Of a DNA stretch of 32,000 nucleotides, positions 17,352 to 24,938 are shown one piece after another (the stretch's first letter is position 1; each line of letters begins with the position of its first letter). Where the stretch lies: contig NC_008340.1 of assembly GCF_000014785.1 (NCBI RefSeq), positions 3,150,001 to 3,182,000 of the forward strand, given 5' to 3'. The notes under the pieces are model-generated. The model worked only from the letters and a program-made list of their open reading frames with translations. It did no database searches and was not told the DNA's origin. The position numbers and the translations under genes are program-made. Origin of the DNA: Alkalilimnicola ehrlichii MLHE-1. GTDB lineage: Bacteria > Pseudomonadota > Gammaproteobacteria > Nitrococcales > Halorhodospiraceae.

Positions 17352-18779
17352 CTATTCGGCCTGTCGGGCCCTAGCGCCCTCCAAACCCACCGCCACCCCG
17401 TCCCAGGCGGCATTGATACGCTTCTGCTGCTTCTGCAACGCACGGGAGAGCACCACCTCCCCGGTCTTGACGAAGCGTTCGTGGTTCTCCTCCACGGCCT
17501 CGGCGATATAGCGGTAGTTCACCATCATGCCGTAGGAGGCCTGTAGCCGCGTCGCTGAATGATCGGAAAAGGCGTTGACCTGCTCCAACCGCGCGCCGTT
17601 GCTGAGGTGGAAGCGCGCCACCGGATCGGCCACGGTATCGTTGCGGCGCACACGGGTGAGATAGGCCTGCACCAGGCGGCGCATGGGTGCGGCCAGCACG
17701 TCAGCATGGACCAGTGGCGCCTCCAGCAACCGGTACAGGGCAGCCACCGGATCGGAGACCCCCGCCGCGTCGGTGAGCGCCTCGGCGTCCTCCTGAAGCA
17801 GCGCGGCGATCCGCTCGCGGGTAAAGCCGTCGGCGTAATCCCCCTCCATGCGCAGCGCCCGGGAGAACCCGGGGATGGGGGAAAGCGTGGCATAGCGCTC
17901 CACATGGGGAAACTCGCTGATGAGCTCGCCCATCACCTGCTTGAGGAGGAAGTTGCCGAAGGAGACCCCCCTCAGTCCCACCTGACAGTTGCTGATGGAG
18001 AAGAAGATGGCGGTGTCCGCCTCACGGGTGTCCACCACCGGGGCATCCGGCGCCAGCAGCGGCGCAGTGTGGGTGGCCAGGCCCTGTACCAGGGCCACCT
18101 CCACGAAGATCAGGGGCTCATCCGGCAACGCTGGGTGAAAGAAGCCGAAGCAGCGGCGGTCGGCCGCCAGGCGCCGGCGCAGGTCATCCCAGCCCTGGAT
18201 GGCGTGCACCGACTCATACTGGATCAGCTTTTCCATCAGGCGCGCGGGGCTGCGATCCCAGCTGATCCGCTGCAACTGCAGAAAACCGGGGTTGAACCAG
18301 GACTTCAGCAGGTGCTGGAAGTCCGTGTTCACCGGCCCCAGGTCCGGGTTGTCTTTCAGCTGGCGGAGCAGGGTCTCGCGCAGCCGGACCAAGACCCGGG
18401 TGCCGTCCGGGGCCCCGTTCAGACGCCGGAAGACCTCCTGGCGCGGCGGCTCCACCACCCGCAACAGCTCCTGCAGGTCCGCCGGCTCGTCGCTCTCACG
18501 GAAGCGTTCTGCCGCCGCCAACACCGCCTCCCGGTCGGGGCCGAAGCGATGGGCCAGCAGCTTAAGGAAGCGGGTCTTGCCCGCCTCATCCAGGCTGTCC
18601 ACCGCCCGCACCACCTCACGCGCCAAAGCCACCCCGGAGGCCTCGCCGCGGCTGGTCAGCAGCGCGCGGCAGTTCTCCTCCAGCCGTTCCATGATATCCG
18701 GGCTCTGGTTCAGCCGGGACAGGCCCAGCCCCCGGTCCGCCACCTGGTCCACCAGGCGATTCCACCATCGGTTTCTCAT
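17352..18779 (-). CDS. matA: Malonyl-CoA decarboxylase
   Basis: 475 aa from MRNRWWNRLV (ATG 18777-18779). MCD-family motifs are YATLSPIPGFSRAL and VARFHLSNGARLEQVN. The ATG overlaps the dctM stop (ATGA). The 825-aa ORF in the track is out-of-frame read-through across dctM. Confidence 0.9.
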   Translation of the reverse strand: MRNRWWNRLVDQVADRGLGLSRLNQSPDIMERLEENCRALLTSRGEASGVALAREVVRAVDSLDEAGKTRFLKLLAHRFGPDREAVLAAAERFRESDEPADLQELLRVVEPPRQEVFRRLNGAPDGTRVLVRLRETLLRQLKDNPDLGPVNTDFQHLLKSWFNPGFLQLQRISWDRSPARLMEKLIQYESVHAIQGWDDLRRRLAADRRCFGFFHPALPDEPLIFVEVALVQGLATHTAPLLAPDAPVVDTREADTAIFFSISNCQVGLRGVSFGNFLLKQVMGELISEFPHVERYATLSPIPGFSRALRMEGDYADGFTRERIAALLQEDAEALTDAAGVSDPVAALYRLLEAPLVHADVLAAPMRRLVQAYLTRVRRNDTVADPVARFHLSNGARLEQVNAFSDHSATRLQASYGMMVNYRYIAEAVEENHERFVKTGEVVLSRALQKQQKRINAAWDGVAVGLEGARARQAE

Positions 18780-20095
18780 TGTGTTGGTCCCATCAGCATG
18801 TCGGGCAGGCCCGTGGCGATCCACGGGAAGAAGCAAAGGATGACGATGGACAGGAGCATCAGCAGCATGAACGGCAGAGAGCCCCAGAGAATCCGGGACA
18901 GTTTCACGTCCGGCGCGATGCCCTTGAGCACATAGAGATTGAGCCCCACCGGTGGTGTGATCAGACCGATCTCGAGGTTGATGGTCATGATCACGCCGAA
19001 CCAGATGGGATCGAATCCCGCCTCCAGGATGATCGGCAGCAGGATGGGCGCTGTCATCGGGATCACCGCCACCGGCGGCAGAAACAGCCCGGCCAGCAGC
19101 AGGAAGACGTTGATCAGCGCCATCATCACCCAGGGGTTCACGTCCAGTCCGCCGACGGTCTCGGCCACGGCCTGGGTGATGTAGAGCTGCGAGAGCATGA
19201 ACCCGAACAGCCCGGCACACCCGATGATCATCATGATCATCACCGACTCCTTGGTCGTGGTGCGCAGGACGCGCCACAGAGCCCGGGGCTGCCACACCTT
19301 GTAAATGGCGATGACCAGCAGCACGCAGAACACCGCGCCTACCCCGGCCGCCTCGGAAGGCGTCGCCACACCGCCGTACAATGCCCACATGATGAAGACG
19401 ATGACGGCGAAAAAGGGCAGCAGCTTGGGCACCATGGATAGCCGCTCGGCCCAGCTGAAGTGGGTGTTTATGTCCATCCGTGAGAGGGCCCCGTCGCGCC
19501 AGGCGTAGAAGATGGCCCAGGCCGAGAACAGCAGGATCAGCAGGATCCCCGGCCCCACCCCGGCGAGGAACAATCGGCCGATGGAGGTCTCGGTACTCAC
19601 CCCGTAGATGATCATCGTCACACTGGGCGGGATCAGGATCCCCAATGTCGAGCCGGCGCCAATGGCCCCGCAGGTGAGCCCCTCCGGATAGCCGCGGCGG
19701 CGTAGTTCGGGAATACCCATCTTGCCGATCCCGGCACAGGTGGCCGGCGAGGAGCCGTTTAACGCGGAGAACAGACCGCAGGCACCGATGTTGGAGACCA
19801 GCAATCCCCCCGGCAGCTTGTACAACCAACGGTGCAGGGCCTCATAGAGGTCCGCCCCGGCCCGGGATGAGGCGATAGCCGCCCCCATGAGGATGAACAT
19901 GGGGATGGACAGCAGGGTGAACTTATTCATCGAGGCATAAAGCATCTCCCCGACCATCTCAAGGGCAAAGATTCCCTCGAAGAGAAAGAGAAAAAGGACC
20001 GCTGTGGCGCCCAAGGCAAAGGCCACGGGGGTGCCCAGCAGCAGAATGGCCATCAGCACCGCCAGGATGACCAAAGCGAGCATGAACTCATTCAT
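18776..20095 (-). CDS. TRAP transporter large permease subunit (DctM family; probable malonate transporter MatM)
   Basis: 439 aa from MNEFMLALVILAVLMAILLLGTPVAFALGA (ATG 20093-20095). The protein is polytopic throughout, with the typical DctM block GIPELRRRGYPEGLTCGAIGAGSTLGILIPPS. Confidence 0.93.
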   Translation of the reverse strand: MNEFMLALVILAVLMAILLLGTPVAFALGATAVLFLFLFEGIFALEMVGEMLYASMNKFTLLSIPMFILMGAAIASSRAGADLYEALHRWLYKLPGGLLVSNIGACGLFSALNGSSPATCAGIGKMGIPELRRRGYPEGLTCGAIGAGSTLGILIPPSVTMIIYGVSTETSIGRLFLAGVGPGILLILLFSAWAIFYAWRDGALSRMDINTHFSWAERLSMVPKLLPFFAVIVFIMWALYGGVATPSEAAGVGAVFCVLLVIAIYKVWQPRALWRVLRTTTKESVMIMMIIGCAGLFGFMLSQLYITQAVAETVGGLDVNPWVMMALINVFLLLAGLFLPPVAVIPMTAPILLPIILEAGFDPIWFGVIMTINLEIGLITPPVGLNLYVLKGIAPDVKLSRILWGSLPFMLLMLLSIVILCFFPWIATGLPDMLMGPTQ

Positions 20096-20714
20096 GGTTG
20101 ACTCCCCCGTGCGCCTGGGCCGTCCGGGCCTGTTTTGCCTCCGGCATTGACCCACCGGGCTGCTCCGATTGAGACTCCGACTGCTCCTTGAGCAGCTGTT
20201 CTGCCTCCATGCTGAACGGCTCCTCGACCCCCATCACAATGGCGGCCGTCTGGGCAATGTACTGCAGGGCCAGCAGGATCATGCCCAGGGGGAGGAAGGT
20301 CATCGGGATCCACAGCCGCGGCGCCCAGACGCTGTAGGAGCGCCAGCCGGTCTCGTAATACTCGAGCCAGAGCATGAAACCGGTGTAGGCCACGATGACA
20401 ATGAAGGCGAAGGCGATAAAGTTGCCGATCACGGCAAGCGCGATCCTGCCCTTGGGCCCGAGCAGCATGGGCAGCAGGTCCACATTGACGTGGCCGCGCT
20501 CGTGCAGGACGTAGGGGCTAGCCAGCAGAGTGGCACCGATCAGCATGAAGGTGACGAACTCGGTCTGCCAGTATGTGGACTCTCCCAGCACATAACGCAT
20601 GAACACCATCTGGCAGACCACCAGGGCCCCCACGACGATCATCAGCGAGGCGACCGCTGCCGCGATCCGGGAAAGAGCTGTAACCCCGCGAATAAACCAA
20701 AGCATCATTCTCAC
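20088..20714 (-). CDS. TRAP transporter small permease subunit (DctQ family)
   Basis: Four hydrophobic helices in the first ~160 aa (e.g. SLMIVVGALVVCQMVF, FVTFMLIGATLLASPYV). It sits directly upstream of dctM and overlaps it by 8 bp. It carries a ~45-aa hydrophilic C-terminal tail. Confidence 0.85.
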   Translation of the reverse strand: MRMMLWFIRGVTALSRIAAAVASLMIVVGALVVCQMVFMRYVLGESTYWQTEFVTFMLIGATLLASPYVLHERGHVNVDLLPMLLGPKGRIALAVIGNFIAFAFIVIVAYTGFMLWLEYYETGWRSYSVWAPRLWIPMTFLPLGMILLALQYIAQTAAIVMGVEEPFSMEAEQLLKEQSESQSEQPGGSMPEAKQARTAQAHGGVNHE

Positions 20715-20769
20715 TCCCGATGGCGGGTGCCACGCGAGCGCAACAACCCGGCTTGCTTACCTTTAGACT

Positions 20770-20798
20770 CCCGCGCCGAGCATTCCGCCCGGCGCGGG
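20770..20798 (-). other. Intercistronic stem-loop between dctP and dctQ
   Basis: CCCGCGCCG-11 nt-CGGCGCGGG (9-bp perfect stem) in the 104-bp dctP-dctQ spacer. Confidence 0.45.
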
Positions 20799-20818
20799 CC
20801 GTTGGGGAGTGAATCGCG

Positions 20819-21847
20819 TTATTCTACTTCCAGGGCCATATCGAGCAGTTCCTGGCCGCCCTCCACATCGCGCACGAAGTTGGCGTAAGAGCTGCGCTCG
20901 GCGATCTCACGCCAGGCATTGAAGTCGTCCTCGGTCATGTAAACCACCTGCCGGCCGTGCTCCTCGTAGACCTCGGCGAAGCGCTTATCGGCCTCAATGG
21001 CGGCATGATAGGCGAACTCTTCGGCTTCCTGGCCCGCCTCCAGCAACACAGCCTGCTGCTCTTCGTCGAGGCGATCCCAGATGCGGGTGGAGACCAAAAT
21101 CGGCTGGTACATGAACCACAGGGCGTAGTCACCCGGCGGGGTCACGCACTCCAGCTGCTCGTAGAGGCGGAAGGAGACAAAGCTTGCGGAGCTGGTGTTG
21201 GCGGAGTCCAGCACCCCGGTCTGCAGCCCGGTATAGATATCGGAGCTGGGCATGGAGGCGATGGATGCCCCGGCCTCGGCCAGCATCTGCTCGAAGGCGG
21301 CGCCGGCGGCACGGATGTTGATGCCGTCCACGTCGTCCGGATGCAGGATGCACTGCTTAGTGGAGCCAAAACCCCCGGCCAGCCAGGTATGTGCCAGCAC
21401 CTTCACGCCGTGCTCGAGCATGATCTCTTCCAGCCGCTCCATGAAGGGCGACTCGTTAATCCGCCGCGCGTGATCGTGATTGCGGACCAGGCCCGGCATC
21501 AGGGTCAGGTTCACCTCCGGCACACGGCCACCGACATAGGCCAGCGGCAACGCAGTGATGGCCAGCCGGCCACGGGACAGTGCCGGCCACTGCTCACGGG
21601 GCTGGTACAGGGAAGCGCCGGGGTAGACGCGCACCTGCAGGCCCACATCGGCCTCCTCCGCTCGGTTCGCGATGATCTGGACCATCTCGTCACGGACGTC
21701 ACCCTGACCGCCTGGCCACTGGTGGGAGGCGTCCAGCCGCATCTGCGCTTGCGCACTCATGGGCCAGACGAGCGCCGCAGCCAGGGCACACATCGTGACG
21801 GTAACTGCAAATGCCCAACGGGGGCGATAGGTTTTTTTTGACGACAT
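20819..21847 (-). CDS. TRAP transporter substrate-binding protein (DctP family; probable malonate-binding MatP)
   Basis: 342 aa with a signal peptide (RWAFAVTVTMCALAAALVWPMSAQA). The size and gene order (P-Q-M) are typical. A strong SD (GGAGG) lies 8 nt upstream of ATG 21845-21847. Confidence 0.88.
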   Translation of the reverse strand: MSSKKTYRPRWAFAVTVTMCALAAALVWPMSAQAQMRLDASHQWPGGQGDVRDEMVQIIANRAEEADVGLQVRVYPGASLYQPREQWPALSRGRLAITALPLAYVGGRVPEVNLTLMPGLVRNHDHARRINESPFMERLEEIMLEHGVKVLAHTWLAGGFGSTKQCILHPDDVDGINIRAAGAAFEQMLAEAGASIASMPSSDIYTGLQTGVLDSANTSSASFVSFRLYEQLECVTPPGDYALWFMYQPILVSTRIWDRLDEEQQAVLLEAGQEAEEFAYHAAIEADKRFAEVYEEHGRQVVYMTEDDFNAWREIAERSSYANFVRDVEGGQELLDMALEVE

Positions 21848-21985
21848 CAGTACTTCCTCCTGGTCTTCCTCTCGTTTAACCGGCCGTGGGCGGAATAGTT
21901 ATGAGGTGTCCCGCGGCAACGGTTGCTTGGTGCTGCATTTTTCGCTGCTTCTTATCGCACGGCCTTCTCGCGGGCCGTTCTCTGT

Positions 21986-22010
21986 CCGTGCCCGCCCGGG
22001 GCCGGCACGG
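21986..22010 (-). terminator. Imperfect GC hairpin downstream of the GntR regulator gene
   Basis: CCGTGCCCGCC-cgg-GGCCGGCACGG (10 of 11 paired) lies 53 nt after the regulator stop. There is no U-tract. Confidence 0.25.
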
Positions 22011-22062
22011 AGGTCCGAATAATTCATCAACGGCTCGCCGGCCGTCTCTGGTGGGGGCGTCT

Positions 22063-22722
22063 TCAGTGGCGGGCGGCCTCCTTTTCCATCAGCGTCCGGC
22101 CCTGCTCCAGCAGGTGGTGCTTCATCTGCGCATCGGCGGCTTCGGCATCGCCCTTACGGAAGGCCGCCATTAGGTCGCGGTGCTCCTGCAGCGAGTCCTG
22201 TAGGCGGCCGGGGGCCTTGAGCTGGCGGTGGCGGGCGAGAATCAGAATCCGCCGCAGGTCGGCGGCCACCCGCTGCAGGTAGGGGTTGCCACACAACTCC
22301 TGAAGGCGGGTGTGAAACTCGTAGTTGTGCTCGTAGTAACGGTCGATGTCGCCCTCCGCGGCGGCGTCCTCCAGGTTCTGGTGGATACGCTCCAGGTTCG
22401 CCATCTCCTTCCCGTCGGTGCGCTTCACCGCCTCGCCGGCAATCAGCCCCTCCAGTACCGCCATGACCGGAAACAACTGCTCCAGGTCCTTGTGCTCCAG
22501 CACCCGGACCCGACAGCCGCGACGCGGCTCAAGGATGACCAGCCCATCGGCATCCAGGATCTTCAACGCCTCGCGGACCGGCGTGCGGCTCACGCCCAGT
22601 TCCTCGGCCAGGGTCACCTCATCGATGCGATCCCCCGGGCGCAGCTCCTGCTGGAAGATACGTTTCCGCACCAGGTCCGCGACCTGGCTGTACAACGCTG
22701 GTGATTTGAGTGTTCCCACCAT
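22063..22722 (-). CDS. matR: GntR-family transcriptional regulator, FadR/FCD subfamily (probable malonate regulator MatR)
   Basis: 219 aa from MVGTLKSPALY (ATG 22720-22722). The N-terminal winged HTH is GDRIDEVTLAEELGVSRTPVREALKILDADGLVILEPRRG, followed by an all-helical C-terminal FCD-type domain. It sits between the malonate genes. Confidence 0.88.
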   Translation of the reverse strand: MVGTLKSPALYSQVADLVRKRIFQQELRPGDRIDEVTLAEELGVSRTPVREALKILDADGLVILEPRRGCRVRVLEHKDLEQLFPVMAVLEGLIAGEAVKRTDGKEMANLERIHQNLEDAAAEGDIDRYYEHNYEFHTRLQELCGNPYLQRVAADLRRILILARHRQLKAPGRLQDSLQEHRDLMAAFRKGDAEAADAQMKHHLLEQGRTLMEKEAARH

Positions 22723-22761
22723 CTCGGCTGCCCTCCTGCAGACCTTTTCCGGGGAGGATGC

Positions 22762-22808
22762 TTGTCGCTTGTAATTACGAATGTATAATTCATAATGCAA
22801 GACGTCAA
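22762..22808. promoter_or_regulatory. Back-to-back divergent promoters (matB on plus, matR on minus) with a shared palindromic operator candidate
   Basis: Plus strand: TTGTCG (22762-67), 16 nt, TATAAT (22784-89). Minus strand: TTGACG (rc of 22803-08), 17 nt, TACATT (rc of 22780-85). The palindrome TTGTAATTACGA (22769-80, perfect core GTAATTAC) fits the GntR-type GT-N-AC half-site logic and lies in the matB spacer. This is the most A/T-rich stretch I noticed in the window. Confidence 0.4.
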
Positions 22809-22894
22809 GAACAACAGACCGCCGTCCCCGAAGCCCGCAGGGCCCATCTCAGAAGAAGCGGGACGCCCGATTGACACGTTAATGGAGGAACCCT

Positions 22895-24433
22895 ATGACC
22901 GCCCCACAGCCCAATGAGCAGGCGCCGGAGAACCTCTACGGCCTGCTCCAGAGCCGCAGTCAGGACCGCGACGAACAGGTGTTCCTGGAGGTACCGAACG
23001 GCCGGAACTGGACTTATGGCCAGGCCCACCAACACGCCGCCCGGCTCGCCGGCCTGCTCCGCCAGCTGGGCGTCCAGCCCGGGGACCGGGTGGCCGTGCA
23101 GGTGGACAAGAGCCCCGAGGCCATCTGCCTCTACCTGGCCTGTCTGCGGGCGGGGGCTGTGTTCCTGCCGTTGAACACCGCTTACATGCGCACGGAGCTG
23201 GAGTACTTTCTGCACGATGCAGAGCCGAGTCTGGCGGTGGTGCGGCCGGCCGGCGAGGAGACCCTGCGGGAGCTGGCCGAGGCGAAGGGCGGCACCCGGG
23301 TGGAGACCCTGGATGCCAACGGCGGCGGCAGCCTGATGCGCACCCTGTCGGAACAGGCCCCCGAGCCGCTCCCGCCCCACCCGGTCAGCCGCGATGACCT
23401 GGCCTGCATCCTCTACACCTCGGGGACCACCGGCCGGCCCAAGGGCGCGATGCTCTCCCACGGCAACCTGGCGGCCAACGCCCTGGCGCTAGAGGAGGCC
23501 TGGGGCTGGCGGCAGGATGACGTGCTGATTCACGCCCTGCCCATCTTCCATGTGCACGGGCTGTTCGTGGCCATGCACTGCGCCATGATGGGCGCCTCCA
23601 AGGTCTATTTCCTGCCCCGCTTCGATGCCGATCAGGTGCTGCAACTGCTCCCGCGGGCAACCGTGCTGATGGGTGTGCCCACCTTCTACACCCGTTTGCT
23701 GCAGCAGCCGGAACTGAACCCGGAGCTGTGCCGCAACATGCGTCTGTTCATCTCCGGCTCCGCACCACTGCTGGAGGAGACCTTCCAGCAGTGGTACGAG
23801 CGCACCGGGCACCCCATCCTGGAGCGCTACGGCATGACCGAGACCGGCATGAACATCTCCAATCCGCTGGAGGGTGAACGTCGCCCGGGCACCGTGGGCT
23901 TCCCCCTGCCCGGTGTAGAGGTCCGCATCGTCGACACCGAGGGCCACGAGTTGCCCCCCGGCGAGGTAGGCTCACTCCAGGTGAAAGGCCCCAACGTCTT
24001 TTCCGGCTACTGGCGCCTGCCCGAGAAGACCGCCGAGGAGTTCACCGACGACGGCTATTTCATCACCGGCGACATGGCCACCGTCAGCGAGGACGGCTAC
24101 TACGCCATCGTCGGCCGGGCCAAAGACCTGGTCATCACCGGCGGCTACAACGTCTACCCCAAGGAGGTGGAGGGCTTCATCGACGGCCTGGACGGAGTGC
24201 GGGAGTCCGCGGTGATCGGCCTGCCCCACCCGGACTTCGGCGAACAGGTGGCGGCGGTGGTGGTTCCCGAGAAGGCCGGTCCCAAGTTGGACGAAGCGGC
24301 GGTCATCCACCAGCTCAAGGGCGAACTGGCGGGCTACAAGGTCCCGAAGGCGGTGTTCTTCGTGGACGAGTTGCCCCGCAACGCCATGGGCAAGGTACAG
24401 AAGAACGTCCTGCGCGAGCAGTACACCCGCTGA
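22895..24433 (+). CDS. matB: Malonyl-CoA synthetase (malonate--CoA ligase)
   Basis: GGAGG lies 6 nt upstream of the ATG. The AMP-binding motif is ILYTSGTTGRPKGAMLSHGNL. The N-terminal block GDRVAVQVDKSPEAICLYLACLRAGAVFLPLNTAYMRTELEYFLHDAEPSLAVV closely matches the rhizobial MatB sequence as I recall it. GYFITGDMA and YKVPK are also present. Confidence 0.9.
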   Translation: MTAPQPNEQAPENLYGLLQSRSQDRDEQVFLEVPNGRNWTYGQAHQHAARLAGLLRQLGVQPGDRVAVQVDKSPEAICLYLACLRAGAVFLPLNTAYMRTELEYFLHDAEPSLAVVRPAGEETLRELAEAKGGTRVETLDANGGGSLMRTLSEQAPEPLPPHPVSRDDLACILYTSGTTGRPKGAMLSHGNLAANALALEEAWGWRQDDVLIHALPIFHVHGLFVAMHCAMMGASKVYFLPRFDADQVLQLLPRATVLMGVPTFYTRLLQQPELNPELCRNMRLFISGSAPLLEETFQQWYERTGHPILERYGMTETGMNISNPLEGERRPGTVGFPLPGVEVRIVDTEGHELPPGEVGSLQVKGPNVFSGYWRLPEKTAEEFTDDGYFITGDMATVSEDGYYAIVGRAKDLVITGGYNVYPKEVEGFIDGLDGVRESAVIGLPHPDFGEQVAAVVVPEKAGPKLDEAAVIHQLKGELAGYKVPKAVFFVDELPRNAMGKVQKNVLREQYTR

Positions 24434-24446
24434 GGCCGGGCGATCG

Positions 24447-24476
24447 GGCGCGCCCGGGGCAACCCCGGGGTGCGCC
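24447..24476 (+). terminator. GC-rich hairpin 14 nt after the matB stop
   Basis: GGCGCGCCCGGGG-caa-CCCCGGGGTGCGCC (7 bp plus 5 bp with a bulge). The downstream T-run is weak. Confidence 0.35.
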
Positions 24477-24575
24477 TGCGGCCGGCTCCCGTTGTACAAT
24501 AGCGCGCAAAAGCCACCGAGCTGGGTAAGATGCGCGCAAGACCAAGGGCCCAGCCCACACCAGGGAGTACGCACC

Positions 24576-24836
24576 GTGCCTGATCCTCAGACCCACGACC
24601 GCACCGATCTCATCGAGCCCAACGCCGCCAACCGCTACGAGATCACGCAGGACGACTTGCCGCTCTCCTGCCCCATGCCGGGTATGTACCTGTGGAACTC
24701 CCACCCCAAGGTTTACCTGCCGATCCATGAGACGGGCGAGGAGATCTGCCCCTACTGCGGCGCCCACTATGTGCTGAAGGACCCGGTCGGCGACCTCACC
24801 ACCCTCCGCAAAGGGCGGCGGCAGTCCGAGAAGTAA
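24576..24836 (+). CDS. Small zinc-finger (zf-CHCC-type) protein
   Basis: The conserved core is YEITQDDLPLSCPMPGMYLWNSHPKVYLPIHETGEEICPYCGAHYVLKD, with a C...H...C..C arrangement. The start is placed at GTG 24576, with GGGAG 9 nt upstream. The ATG at 24492 offered by the ORF track adds an unsupported N-terminus. Confidence 0.7.
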   Translation: MPDPQTHDRTDLIEPNAANRYEITQDDLPLSCPMPGMYLWNSHPKVYLPIHETGEEICPYCGAHYVLKDPVGDLTTLRKGRRQSEK

Positions 24837-24938
24837 GCCCATCGCCATCATGTTGCCTCAGTGCCCGCATCCATCTGCGGCGGCCCCGGCCGCCTGCCCG
24901 CCGTGGTAGCCGCCGGCAACGACACCCCGCAGGGTGCG

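Noticed and set aside
17352-19829. An 825-aa ORF that looks like a large fusion protein ending in malonyl-CoA decarboxylase.
   Set aside because: Only the part from MRNRWWN (ATG at 18779) has MCD similarity. The upstream ~350 aa is an alternative frame across the dctM gene, with spurious Arg/Gly/Pro/Asp-rich composition.
22871-22899. A perfect -35 hexamer TTGACA at 22871-22876, just upstream of matB.
   Set aside because: With 17-nt spacing the -10 (TATGAC) would overlap the matB start codon, so transcription would begin inside the gene. The upstream TTGTCG/TATAAT pair is a better fit.
24492-24500. TTGTACAA palindrome / TACAAT -10-like hexamer upstream of the zinc-finger gene, as a promoter for the LPS operon.
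   Set aside because: There is no acceptable -35 or extended -10 at the correct spacing, so the support is too weak to list as a feature.
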